Part shown: positions 20,395-30,272 of the stretch, in pieces | Numbering within the stretch: position 1 is the first letter of the stretch | How the letters are laid out: every line of letters begins with the position of its first letter | Assembly: GCA_963758295.1 (NCBI GenBank) | Contig: CAVWUU010000004.1 | Span: 160,001-224,000 of the forward strand | Reading direction: 5' to 3' | Length of the DNA: 64,000 bases | Source of the DNA: Candidatus Eremiobacteria bacterium | GTDB lineage: Bacteria; Vulcanimicrobiota; Vulcanimicrobiia; Vulcanimicrobiales; Vulcanimicrobiaceae | Notes under the pieces: model-generated | The model's input: the letters and a program-made list of their open reading frames with translations, nothing else | Database searches by the model: none | What the model was told of the DNA's origin: nothing | Translations under genes and position numbers: made by a program

Positions 20395-20934
20395 TCAAGC
20401 AGGGACGAATTTCAGTCTCACGGCGTCCTCGCCGATCGCGTTCGTGGCGATAAGGTGGAGCGGTGGAAGAGCACCGGCGAAAAACGGCTTGCCGCCGCCG
20501 AGCAGGAAGGGACGAAGGTATAGATGGTATTCATCGATGAGCGGTCTTAGGCTATGCGCAAGATTGGGGCCGCCGACGTCGATCTCGCCGTCTACCGTTT
20601 CCTTCAGCCGGCGCACAAACGCTTCGACATCGTCACCGACAAGCGTGGCGTTTGCGCCGACTGATTTCAAAGAGCGTGAAACGATCCACTTCGGCTTCGC
20701 CCGCCATGCCGCGGCGAAATCGTGTTCCACCGCTTCCCAATCCGGCTGATCTTCGTCCCAATAGCGCATCACCTCGTACATCCGGCGGCCGTACAGCATT
20801 CCAGCGAGGCCGCGGACATACTCGTTGAAATACTGATGGAGCGCAACGCCGGGTGGCGGCAATTGCGGCCCGGCCTCGGCACCGGCGACATAGCCGTCCA
20901 GAGACTGCATCATCCCGAAGACAAGTTTGCCCAC
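20395..20934 (-). CDS. Dihydrofolate reductase-like (RibD C-terminal) protein
   Basis: SLDGYVA, YGRRMYE, GGPNLA, LIDEY...P.LLGGGKP. Confidence 0.9.
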   Translation of the reverse strand: MGKLVFGMMQSLDGYVAGAEAGPQLPPPGVALHQYFNEYVRGLAGMLYGRRMYEVMRYWDEDQPDWEAVEHDFAAAWRAKPKWIVSRSLKSVGANATLVGDDVEAFVRRLKETVDGEIDVGGPNLAHSLRPLIDEYHLYLRPFLLGGGKPFFAGALPPLHLIATNAIGEDAVRLKFVPA

Positions 20935-20938
20935 GTCT

Positions 20939-21319
20939 TCAAACGAACGCTTCGAGATCTTCGTCCGAAAACAAAGGGCGTATTTCGATCGATTCGCCGT
21001 ACTCGAAGGGACATCGCGAAAGGCGTTGGACGAGTTCTTCCTTGGAGGGCGCCTCTAGCAACCAAAAGCCGGCAATTAACTCTTTCGTTTCAGCGAAGGG
21101 GCCATCGATAATGTGCGGCTTTGTGCCGGCGTAATCGATCCGGACGCCCGTGGAGGTGGGTTTCAGGCCGCCCATCTCAACGAGCATTCCGTCGGCGATG
21201 AGCGTTTGGTTGAACGCCCCCATTTTTTCAAAGCTCTCGCCGCAGTTTTTGGGGAAGCTGCCGGCTTCGTAGCGGGCAACTTCGGCGCTATTCGGTTTGA
21301 CCATGACCAAGAATCGCAT
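20939..21319 (-). CDS. YciI/DGPF-domain protein
   Basis: DGPFAETKELIAGFW, IEIRP; SD AGGAG. Confidence 0.92.
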   Translation of the reverse strand: MRFLVMVKPNSAEVARYEAGSFPKNCGESFEKMGAFNQTLIADGMLVEMGGLKPTSTGVRIDYAGTKPHIIDGPFAETKELIAGFWLLEAPSKEELVQRLSRCPFEYGESIEIRPLFSDEDLEAFV

Positions 21320-21354
21320 GTGGTCTCCTGTCGCTGAATCGCTTCTACTTACAC

Positions 21355-21381
21355 GTCGAACGGAGTGGTCCGAAATAGACA
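21355..21381 (-). promoter_or_regulatory. ECF42-like sigma promoter upstream of the DGPF gene
   Basis: TGTCTA-N17-CGAC, resembling the TGTCGA...CG(A/T)C promoters reported before DGPF genes. Confidence 0.5.
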
Positions 21382-21428
21382 CCGGCCGGCAAAAAAGTTT
21401 GCCGCCCTAGCACCGGGCAGTAGCAAGT

Positions 21429-21881
21429 TCAACGCATACACGGAGCCGTCACGTTGTAGGGATGCCCGCCTGCGGAGCCGCGCGCTCGCACGACGAACTT
21501 GCGGGCGCCGTTAATAACTAACACATTGGTTGCCTTCGACACGGTACCGCCGTCGCTGAGGGTTCCGAGAAACGTCACGCCGTCGAACGATGTCTGCGAC
21601 TCGGTTGCGCCGGTGGAGTCGGCGCTTACGGTCCAGTACAGTTTGCGTCGCGCATCGTAACCGTAGTACGCGTCCTCGGTCGAGTCCTGAGAGTACAGAT
21701 GGCCGTGCAGCGTGTTCCCCGGCCCTATGTCGTATGCGGCAAAGTACTTGGCCGTTCCGAGCGTGCACGTCCACCGTGCGCCGAGCAAATCGTTGTAAAT
21801 GCTCATCTTGGCGGTGAAGCTGCCGGCGCCCGCAGCCGTGCTTCCTATGAGGACACCGGCTAAGGTAAGTGCTGTCATCAT
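21429..21881 (-). CDS. Hypothetical secreted protein (start uncertain)
   Basis: Signal-like N-terminus; LLGARWTC, YYGYDARRKLYW...DSTG; beta-rich. Confidence 0.6.
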   Translation of the reverse strand: MMTALTLAGVLIGSTAAGAGSFTAKMSIYNDLLGARWTCTLGTAKYFAAYDIGPGNTLHGHLYSQDSTEDAYYGYDARRKLYWTVSADSTGATESQTSFDGVTFLGTLSDGGTVSKATNVLVINGARKFVVRARGSAGGHPYNVTAPCMR

Positions 21882-21949
21882 GGCTGAGCAATACTCCCGA
21901 AGTATTCTGATTTCGCTGTGTCGCTGGCGCTTCGTGACCACGCCTTCTG

Positions 21950-22135
21950 TTACAAAGTGTTCGTCGATGCAGTGACCGGCGCTAAAAGTTTCGCGACTTT
22001 CGCCGCAAGCGGATGCGCAGCGCCGTTGGTGTTCGTGAGGACGATGATGGTGAGGCCTTCGTCGATATACGTCTGCATCAGCGCATCGAATCCCGCGATC
22101 GACCCATCGTGGCCGATGATCCGCCGTCCATCCTC
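21950..22135 (-). pseudogene. C-terminal remnant of a beta-lactamase-family serine hydrolase
   Basis: GRRIIGHDGSIAGF.......EGLTIIVLTN with no upstream SxxK region. Confidence 0.7.
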
Positions 22136-22284
22136 GGAGTGACGTTCGGCCTCGCGGCCCGGCAAAGTACGGTCTTAGCGCGGTAATTACCCGCGCCAAG
22201 CCTTAGCGTCTGGTTGTCGCTAACGGCCTTCATCCCTTCGAGTGCGCGTATCGCCGCTGCAATGGCGATTCGTGGCGCGTGCTT

Positions 22285-24099
22285 TCACAGCGGTGCTTCA
22301 TCAGCTAAACGTTTCAGGCGGCGCACTTGCTCGAGTTGCGTATTGATCGCCGCAAAGCCGTTCGCCATGGCAGCATGCATGGCCCGAACTTCCGTCGCCA
22401 AGCCGTTATCGGCTGCAGCATGCTTTTGTGAGAGCACATCCAGAGACGCTGCGACGCCGTGTGCGAGCTCTTCGATAGCCTGTGATTCGTCGGGCGCGTA
22501 CGTTTCTTCCGAGCGCTTTGGACCTAGTACCAGCGCCCCGACTAGCCGGCCCCGCGCAACCATCGGGTACGCAAACTCTCCGCGTAGCTGCGTTTGCGTT
22601 CGATTCAAATCAACAACTCGGTGCCAGGTACGCAGCGAAACAATTGCCGGATCGTTTTCACTCACGCTGCCGTACGAGCCGGCGCCATCGTCCAGCGCAA
22701 GCCGGGCAAACGACGCCTCCGCGTGCTGCTCGAGCACTTGCGCGGTCCGCGCAATCAGCGTTTGCGCATCACTAATGTACGCCGCCTCGTGCGCAAAACG
22801 GCGAATCGCCTGTTCGTCCTCATGGCGCTTGCGGAAGAAGACGCGGTCCAGTACATGCTCAACGCGCGCGCTCACGACGTGAATCGAGAGTCCGAGTGCA
22901 AGCGCTACAGCGGCGCCGGCAAGCAGGCTCGCCGTATGGCTCATCTCTTGCAGCCACCAGCCAAGCGCCCATTCCACGAGCACGAACGCACCAACAACGA
23001 TGAATGAGACGACGGAAAAGATCGCCACCCGGTTCAGTGCAAAACCGATATCGAGCAAACGCCGGTTAAGCAACGCGTACGTCATGCCGAGCGGCGCTAA
23101 GAACGAGCCGATGTTGTCGAATTCATAGGCAACTACCAGCGCCGTCCCCCGTGCCGACGTGGGAAAGATCCCGGCTGCCAAAAAACTGAACGCGCCGAAA
23201 AACAAATAGAGTCCAACGGATGCCGTTGACCAGGCGATGCGCGCGCGCTCCTTTCCGCGTGCCGCCACAATTCCTGCGATTGCGCAGGCGATCGCCAAGA
23301 AATACGGTGCAGCGGCCCACTCTAGGTGCCAGTCGGGCCCCAGCGTTTGGGCCTCCCAGGCTTTGCTGCCAGTCCAAAGCATGGCAAGGCGTGCAGCCTC
23401 ATAGATTGCAACGGCGGCGCATAACGCATACGTTAGGCTCGAGAGTATCACGCGGATCGGCGAAGTGGGTCGCCCGAAGATCAGTGCATATCTCACAAGC
23501 AAAGCGGGTTGAGCGACGGTCAACGCATAGCCAATCATCGCCCCTATCAAGTCAACGCCTGGTGATGGTGTTAGCCAACTTCCGGCTTGCAGACCGGAGG
23601 CGGCGGGAATGAGTGCGAGGAGCGTGCAGAGTATGCGAGCTTCAAGGGAACCTGCCCGGCGCCACGCGATCAAAAATGCAAAACCGAGCAGCCAAAAAGA
23701 AGCCGCGGCCCACAATAATGTGTCCCAGCGCCACGCCGGCTTCTCGCCGCTGCGATATGGCACCCGAGTTGTGCGCGCACCCCGAGTAACAACTACCGGA
23801 ATCTGCTCGTGCGGATGGACGCCCGTGAACAGCCGATAGCGATCGCCCGGAGAGAGGTCGCGCACGTGAATTAAGTCGCCCGCTCGTAAACCGCTAACGT
23901 CGGCTGCGCCGCGCGGATCGATGGACGCGATACGAGCCAACGCGGGGTTCGGCGTGAGCTCAACCTGAAATCCAAGCGCCGAAGACGCCTCGACGGACAT
24001 CGTAAAGAGGCTATACGAATTGATTGCCGTGCTGAGAAAGCAGAGCATCAACAGGAGCGGCCGCCAGAGGCGGGTCGAGCTGGGTGCGCCGGCCTCCAT
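22285..24099 (-). CDS. PDZ + multi-TM + GAF membrane sensor-like protein with no output domain (copy 2)
   Basis: IDPRGAADVSGLRAGDLI, many TM segments, YPMVARGRLVG...ETYAPDE; clear paralogue of 18445..20280. Confidence 0.75.
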   Translation of the reverse strand: MEAGAPSSTRLWRPLLLMLCFLSTAINSYSLFTMSVEASSALGFQVELTPNPALARIASIDPRGAADVSGLRAGDLIHVRDLSPGDRYRLFTGVHPHEQIPVVVTRGARTTRVPYRSGEKPAWRWDTLLWAAASFWLLGFAFLIAWRRAGSLEARILCTLLALIPAASGLQAGSWLTPSPGVDLIGAMIGYALTVAQPALLVRYALIFGRPTSPIRVILSSLTYALCAAVAIYEAARLAMLWTGSKAWEAQTLGPDWHLEWAAAPYFLAIACAIAGIVAARGKERARIAWSTASVGLYLFFGAFSFLAAGIFPTSARGTALVVAYEFDNIGSFLAPLGMTYALLNRRLLDIGFALNRVAIFSVVSFIVVGAFVLVEWALGWWLQEMSHTASLLAGAAVALALGLSIHVVSARVEHVLDRVFFRKRHEDEQAIRRFAHEAAYISDAQTLIARTAQVLEQHAEASFARLALDDGAGSYGSVSENDPAIVSLRTWHRVVDLNRTQTQLRGEFAYPMVARGRLVGALVLGPKRSEETYAPDESQAIEELAHGVAASLDVLSQKHAAADNGLATEVRAMHAAMANGFAAINTQLEQVRRLKRLADEAPL

Positions 24100-24165
24100 C
24101 GAGAGTACTTACGGCGCGGCTGCCGCCATTCCCTCAGAACTTTGGTCCGCGTCACTTAGCCGAAC

Positions 24166-24195
24166 AAAAAGGGCGGCACGTTATGCGCCGCCTTC
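24166..24195 (-). terminator. Intrinsic terminator after the CPCC gene
   Basis: Minus strand GAAGGCGGCGCATAACGTGCCGCCC followed by TTTTT. Confidence 0.65.
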
Positions 24196-24287
24196 GTACG
24201 TCAAGGGATGAGTACTTTACTGGTAACGCGTATGTATTCCAACCAGGACATATTCCTGTGTCGTGGTCCTGGCATGGCGCGCTAAGT

Positions 24288-25751
24288 TTACGAGCGAAAC
24301 GCTCTTGCAAATTCCTCGCGAAACACGTCTGGGCGGAACAATCTGCGCTGATCGTCAGTCTTCAGGTACCTAGAAAAAACATATACGCCTGAGCATGCGA
24401 TCCAGCTATCCGATGATGACAGCGCTTCTAATGCTTCCCTAGGCCGCCCGCCGTTGGCTTTAGCCAACCGCGCTAGCGTATAGATCGCTAATTCGCGCCA
24501 CATACCCCACCTCGGAAATGATACGTTTCCTGCGGCTGCGTCATAAAGCGCGTCCGCGATCACGGACGCATCAACTGCGTCTAAGAGGTGTTGAGCGGCT
24601 TCGATTCGGTTCCTTGCCTCTGCGGCCCTTAAAAATTTTCGCATTAAAGTAAACAGGCGTCTTGCAGTTTCGTCGGCGCCCTGTTCCTTTTGCAACTTGA
24701 CGGCGCTTCGAATTGTTTCAAAGATGGGCGCGTCTCCGCTTTCCTCATCGAGAAGGTTGACAACTTCAGCCGGATTGTTCGGCCTGCCAAATTCTGACGA
24801 ACCCGATGGCCAGACCCGTAGCCTATCGCCACGGAGCACAGACTCGATGCGGTTAGCAAGGATAGATCCTGCCATAGTTTCGTGAATCCAAAACGCACCG
24901 GTAGCACGAGCGCCGCCCATTCCGCCTCCGAAATGTTCGCCGATGTCAACGCGGTGGAACCAAAGCCTTACACCTTGCGGCTCCTCCCAGTTCATGTAGT
25001 CGACATCGAAGACTAAGCCGGCCAGCTCCTCAGCGGAACACATTACTTGCTGCGATGGAATGGTGAAGTAGGTTTGACCTCCGTCGTCGCCTTCCGCAAT
25101 GCAAAGGAAATTGCCGCGTTGGGCGTAGCGCAACCGTGACGCGCTTTGCGTTACTTCTCGTCGGCTGTACGTCGCGATATCCGTGACTTCGTCATTGCGC
25201 TCCATGCGCAGGCGAGTCATTCGCTTCAGATATCTGCGAGAGAAAGATTCTGCAATAGACCGACGCGCTTCTGTTATCAACGGAACAATATTAGTAAATG
25301 CAGATTCACTGGTAGTTGGTAACAGCGATTCAAAGTGGGAAACTAACGCCTCCCGAAGCTCGCGATCTTGTACCTTGTCTTCCGACATTCGCGTATCGAA
25401 CTGGCGATACATGTGACCGTGTCGGGCGAAGTTTATGCGCGCTTCCGTAAGCGAGTAATTTCCGTTGGGACCGCCCGCTATTTCGTCGGGCGTGAAGAAG
25501 CCTGCGAACGGTGCAAATTCGGAGTCATCTTGGCCGTCGTCTTCCCAGCCGCAAATAACGCAGTTCTCGTGATAAGAACCGCAGCTGTGAACTGGATAAC
25601 CGCAACATGGACAGGTCGAAAATGTAAATTCGTCGCCGTGTTCGAGCGATTGTTGCAGCAGCGCCTCCACTGATGGAAGCGAAAGGTAACGTTCAAAAAC
25701 CCTTCGCCGCTCTGCTAGCGTGGTGAGAATATCGTCGTTGGACAATGACAT
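24288..25751 (-). CDS. CPCC cysteine-rich domain protein fused to uncharacterised domains
   Basis: CPCCGY...C.IC.WEDDG...GPN..SLTEAR.NF; 487-aa ORF with more A/T-ending codons than its neighbours. Confidence 0.75.
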   Translation of the reverse strand: MSLSNDDILTTLAERRRVFERYLSLPSVEALLQQSLEHGDEFTFSTCPCCGYPVHSCGSYHENCVICGWEDDGQDDSEFAPFAGFFTPDEIAGGPNGNYSLTEARINFARHGHMYRQFDTRMSEDKVQDRELREALVSHFESLLPTTSESAFTNIVPLITEARRSIAESFSRRYLKRMTRLRMERNDEVTDIATYSRREVTQSASRLRYAQRGNFLCIAEGDDGGQTYFTIPSQQVMCSAEELAGLVFDVDYMNWEEPQGVRLWFHRVDIGEHFGGGMGGARATGAFWIHETMAGSILANRIESVLRGDRLRVWPSGSSEFGRPNNPAEVVNLLDEESGDAPIFETIRSAVKLQKEQGADETARRLFTLMRKFLRAAEARNRIEAAQHLLDAVDASVIADALYDAAAGNVSFPRWGMWRELAIYTLARLAKANGGRPREALEALSSSDSWIACSGVYVFSRYLKTDDQRRLFRPDVFREEFARAFRS

Positions 25752-25775
25752 GGAGAAGCGGGATGCAAACCCCGC

Positions 25776-26241
25776 GGTTGCGCGAGTTGTATGGCTCCGA
25801 CGCTGTACGAAGCGGCTAGGAGAGAATCCTGTTAGGGGCTAAAGGCGCCCCGACGAGTGACGCCTCCGGATCGTTCCCATTGCAGCGGATCTACGAGGAG
25901 ATATTTCGGTTAGAGCGGCTCGCAAGCGTAATCCAAGAAGCCGAGTTTCTCTTGTCGCGTCTCGTGCGGCGCGAAAAGGCGATCCGCTAGAACACTCGTT
26001 CTCTTCGTAAACCTCGAACGCTGCTGCTGGAGAGTATCGATCCGCCAGTTCCCGGCCGCCGGTGGAAATCCGCAATCGTAGAGGCAGCCGGCGGGGTGCC
26101 GTTGTCGTCGCATGGCCGAGGAAAAGCCGCATCGCTAACGTGGGAAGATGTGAAGCGTGAAGACCCGACGCGATCATAATAGCGCTTGACGGTATGCATT
26201 CTACGCGCGAATCGGCTGATTTGACGTACTCATACGAGTAA
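25776..26241 (+). pseudogene. Degenerate remnant of a BtuF-like cobalamin/Fe-siderophore ABC substrate-binding protein
   Basis: Manual translation across stops and shifts: CASC...LQRIYEEIFRLERLASVIQEAEFLLSRLVRREKAIR*NTRSLRKPRTLLLESIDPPVPGRRWKSAIVEAAGGVPL...SLTWEDVKREDP/DAIIIALDG. Confidence 0.6.
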
Positions 26242-26280
26242 CATTAAGCGTTACATTATAACAATCTCCTGAAGCGCAAT

Positions 26281-26316
26281 AAAAACGGGGCCTCCGAATG
26301 AAGGCCCCGTCGTTTT
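26281..26316 (-). terminator. Intrinsic terminator of nrdJ
   Basis: ACGGGGCCTTC-ATTC-GGAGGCCCCGT followed by TTTTA. Confidence 0.8.
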
Positions 26317-26380
26317 ACCGAATGATTTACTAGTTAGTATTCGGGCGGTGCTGTAACATATTTTATTACACCGGACAACT

Positions 26381-29300
26381 TTAACTACATCCGCATGTAG
26401 ATCCGCACGAATCGCATTTTTCGCAAGCGCCGTTGCGGACCATCGTGAGTTGGCCGCATTCGCCGCAAGCGTTGCCGGTGTAGCCTTTGGCTTTTGCGGC
26501 GTTGATCGCTTCGGTCTTGGGCATCGTAAGCGTTGGCGGGTGACGTAACAGTTCCGCGCGTAGTCGCTTGTGCCGGCGTGGCGATCGGTGGGACGAGCGC
26601 CGACTGCGGTTGCGCTTCCGTTTGCCCCGGACGCAGATGCGTCGAGACCGGATGGAATTGTTCGGCAACGCCGGCCGGACGCACGTTCGTCGGTCCCGGT
26701 TCCTCGGCCACGTAGTCGTCTTCCGCGTTGACGCCCATCGCATCCATCTCCATCGACGGCTGCACGTGCGCCAGGTCGTAGCGGCCGAGATAGCTCACGG
26801 CGAGCTCGCGGAAGATGTAGTCGAGCAGCGACGTCGCCATCTTGATGTTCTCGTGGCCGACGACCGGGCCGTTGGGCTCGAAGCGCGTGAACGTGAAAGC
26901 TTCCACGTACTCTTCGAGCGGCACGCCGTGCTGCAAGCCCAGACTGACCGCGATCGCGAAGTTGTTCATCAACGAACGGAAAGCGGCGCCTTCCTTATGC
27001 ATGTCGATGAAGATCTCGCCGAGCTGGCCGTTCTCGTACTCGCCGGTGCGCAGGTAGACTTTGTGGCCGCCGATGATCGCTTTTTGCGTGTAGCCGCTGC
27101 GGCGTTCCGGCATGCGGCGACGCTTGGCGATGTAGCGGTAGACGATCTTCTCGGCGATCTGCAGCGGCTGTTGGAACGGCTGCTGCGTCGCGACGATATC
27201 GTCGTCTTCGTCGCCGCCGCCGAAGTCGTAGCTCGCTGCAAGCGGTTGCGAGAGCTTGGAGCCGTCGCGATAGAGCGCGACCGCCTTGATCATGCGCTCC
27301 CAACTGTAGCGGTACGCTTCTTTGACTTCGGCGATCGAAGCCGTTTGCGGCAGGTTGATCGTCTTCGAGATTGCGCCCGAGACGAAAGGCTGCGCGGCCG
27401 CCATCATTTCGACGTGCGCGAGCGGACGGATGTAGCGCGATACCGTACTTGCCGCACGGCGTCGCGCAGTCGAAGACGGCGAGATGCTCGTCTTTGAGAT
27501 ACGGCGCGCCTTCGAGCGTCATGCGCCCGCAGATGTGCGCTGAGGCTTCCTCGATCTGCTGGTTGCTGAAGCCGAGGCCGTCGCGCAGGATGCGAGAAGC
27601 TCCAGTCGTTGAGCTGCTCGTCGGTGAGGCCGAGCTTCTCTTTGCAGAACTCTTCGCCGAGCACGAACTTGTTGAAGACGAACGGCAGCTCGAACGCGCT
27701 CGGCAGCGCCGCTTCGATCTTGGCAATCGCTTCGTCGTCGAAGCCTTTCGCTTTCAGCGTCGCGCGGTTGATGTGCGGCGCTTCGACCAGCGTGCCGGTG
27801 CCCTTGGCGTACGTTTCGATCGCGTTGATCTGCTCGTCGCTGTAGCCCAGGCGATGCAGCGCGGCGTCGACCGACTGATTGACGATCTTGAAGTAGCCGC
27901 CGCCGGCGAGCTTCTTGAACTTCACGAGCGCGAAGTCGGGCTCGATGCCGGTCGTGTCGCAGTCCATCACGAGCCCGATCGTGCCGGTCGGCGCGATCAC
28001 GACGGTTTGCGCGTTGCGGAAACCGGCGACTTCACCGATCGAGAGCGCGTCGTCCCACATCTTGCGGGCGAGCGCCCACGTCTCTTGCGTGAAGAGCGTG
28101 GGCGCATGCGTCACCGGTTTGACGCGTGAGGTCTTCGTACTCCGCATCCGGCGCATTGTATGCCGCGCGGCGATGATTGCGAATGACGCGCAGCATCGGC
28201 TCGCGGTTCGCTTCGAAGCGCTCGAACGCGCCGAGCTGTTGCGCCATTTCGGCCGACGTGCGATACGCGGTGCCGGTCATCAGCGCCGTAGATTGCCGCG
28301 CACCAGCCGAACGCCTCTTCGGAGTCGTACGGAAGGCCCATGCGCATCAGCAGCGTGCCGAGGTTTGCGTAGCCGAGGCCGAGCGTGCGATAGCCGTGAT
28401 TCTTCTCGGCGATCGTCTTCGACGGCATCTGACCCATCGTAACGGAGATCTCGAGCGTGGTCGTCCAAACGCGCGACGCTTCGGCAAAGCGCTGCCGCAT
28501 CGAACCCGCCGTTCGCGTTGTCTCGAACTTACGAGATTCAACTGACGCAAGATTACACGCCGTATCATCGATGAAGACGTATTCGCTGCACGGATTAGTA
28601 GCGTTGATGCGATCGTCGTTGGCGCACGTGTGCCACTCTTGAATCGTGTCGTCGTACTGCAGGCCGGGATCGGCGCACTGCCATGCTGCCAGCGCGATTT
28701 GTTCCCACAGATCCGTCGCCTTGATGGTCTTGACGGCATTGCCTTTGGTGCGCGAAATCAGCTCCCAGTTGCCGTCGCGATTGAGCGCGTCAAAGAACGC
28801 ATTGGGAATGCGAACCGAGTTGTTCGAGTTTTGGCCCGAAACGGTGCCGTAGGCTTCGGAATCCCAGCCGGTGTCGTACTGATCGACGAGGAGCGACGTG
28901 TAGCCTTGCTTCGCATAGTCCAACGCCTGCTGCGTGGCGCCGCTCGGAACGCCGGCGAGCGTCGCTTCGCGCAACGCTTTCCGCAGATGCGGATTCAGCG
29001 CAAGATCGAGGCGCGCGTGTTCCGGAATACGCGTGTCGCCGGCCGCCGCCATGATGGCATTCATATGCTGTTGCAGCATGCGCGAACCGATGACGAGATC
29101 GGCGACTTTGCGCTCTTCGCGCACTTTCCAGTTGACGAATTCTTCGATGTCGGGGTGATCGGCGTTGAGCACGACCATCTTGGCTGCGCGACGCGTCGTG
29201 CCGCCCGACTTGATGGCGCCGGCTGCGCGATCGAACACTTTGAGGAAAGACATCAAGCCCGACGACGTGCCGCCGCCGGTGAGTTTTTCGCCATGCGAAC

Positions 29301-29988
29301 GGATCTTCGAGAAGTTTGCGCCGGAGCCGGAGCCGCCCTTGAAGATACGCGCTTCGCGCACGATGCCGTCGAAGATGCCGCCTTCGTTTACGAGATCGTC
29401 TTCGATTGAAAGAATGAAGCACGCCGATACTTGGGGATGCTCAAACGCATTCGACGACTTGATGACTTCATCGGTACGCGGATCGACGAAGTAATGTCCT
29501 TGCGCCGGCCCGGCAATGCCGTACGCCCAATGCAAGCCGGTGTTGAACCACTGCGGCGAGTTCGGAGCACCGATCTGGCGCGCGAGCATTGCAGCCATCT
29601 CGCCGTAGTAAACTTTGGCGTCTTCCTCGGTATCGAAATAGCCGTACTTGAAGCCCCAATACGTCCAGCAGCCCGCGAGACGGTTGAAGACCTGGCGCGA
29701 GTCGCGCTCGGGGCCGAACGTGGCCTCCGGAGCGGGCTCAGAGCGCCAAAGCCATTCCGGCACGCCGTCTTCCTCAACCCGGACGGTCGAGGTGGGCACG
29801 CCGGCCTTGCGGCAATACTTCTGGGCCAGCACGTCGACGGCCACCTGGCTCCAGCCGGTGGGTACCATGATGTCTTTGGCTTCGAAAATCACCGAACCGT
29901 CGGGGTTGACGATGCGAGACGTGCGAGGCTCGAAAACGAGGCCCGCGTACGGGTCGCCGGACGCGGAATAAAGGCGGCGAAACTTCAT
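26381..29988 (-). CDS. nrdJ: Adenosylcobalamin-dependent class II ribonucleotide reductase with TSCPD domain and zinc ribbon; broken by several indels
   Basis: [80 protein letters not shown], terminal [18 protein letters not shown]. Confidence 0.95.
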
Positions 29989-30084
29989 GTTGAGCTGCTC
30001 CTTGCTCGATAGTATTGGCGACTTGCTGGACCAGTGGGCTTCTCTCCATCGAACATATGTTCCCCTGGAGACGCCAAACCCGAC

Positions 30085-30155
30085 GGGACACCTATTGTGT
30101 CACACCGGGCTCATTGGCACAAGATATTGTGGTCGCTCTCTACAACTCCTTGTGC
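30085..30155. promoter_or_regulatory. NrdR boxes upstream of nrdJ
   Basis: 30117-30132 reverse complement CCACAATATCTTGTGC closely matches acaCwAtATaTwGtg; weaker copies at 30085-30100 (32 bp away) and 30140-30155. Confidence 0.75.
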
Positions 30156-30272
30156 CTGGCCTGTGGATGCAGACAAATATCGGAGGATGGCCGGTGGAAG
30201 CTGGGCGGCCATCGTGGAGAGCCTGTGGAGCATTCCGAGGATACCGGGGATAGACGGTAAACGGAGGTGGCC

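Noticed and set aside
26240..26375. dif site in the AT-rich patch
   Set aside because: No proper XerD arm (TTATGTTAAAT-like) at the correct spacing
26381..29988. Intein, intron or programmed frameshifting in nrdJ
   Set aside because: The pieces are collinear with no insert; the indels lack slippery heptamers and some compensate each other
29989..30272. Cobalamin riboswitch upstream of nrdJ
   Set aside because: No B12-box recognised; NrdR boxes explain the region
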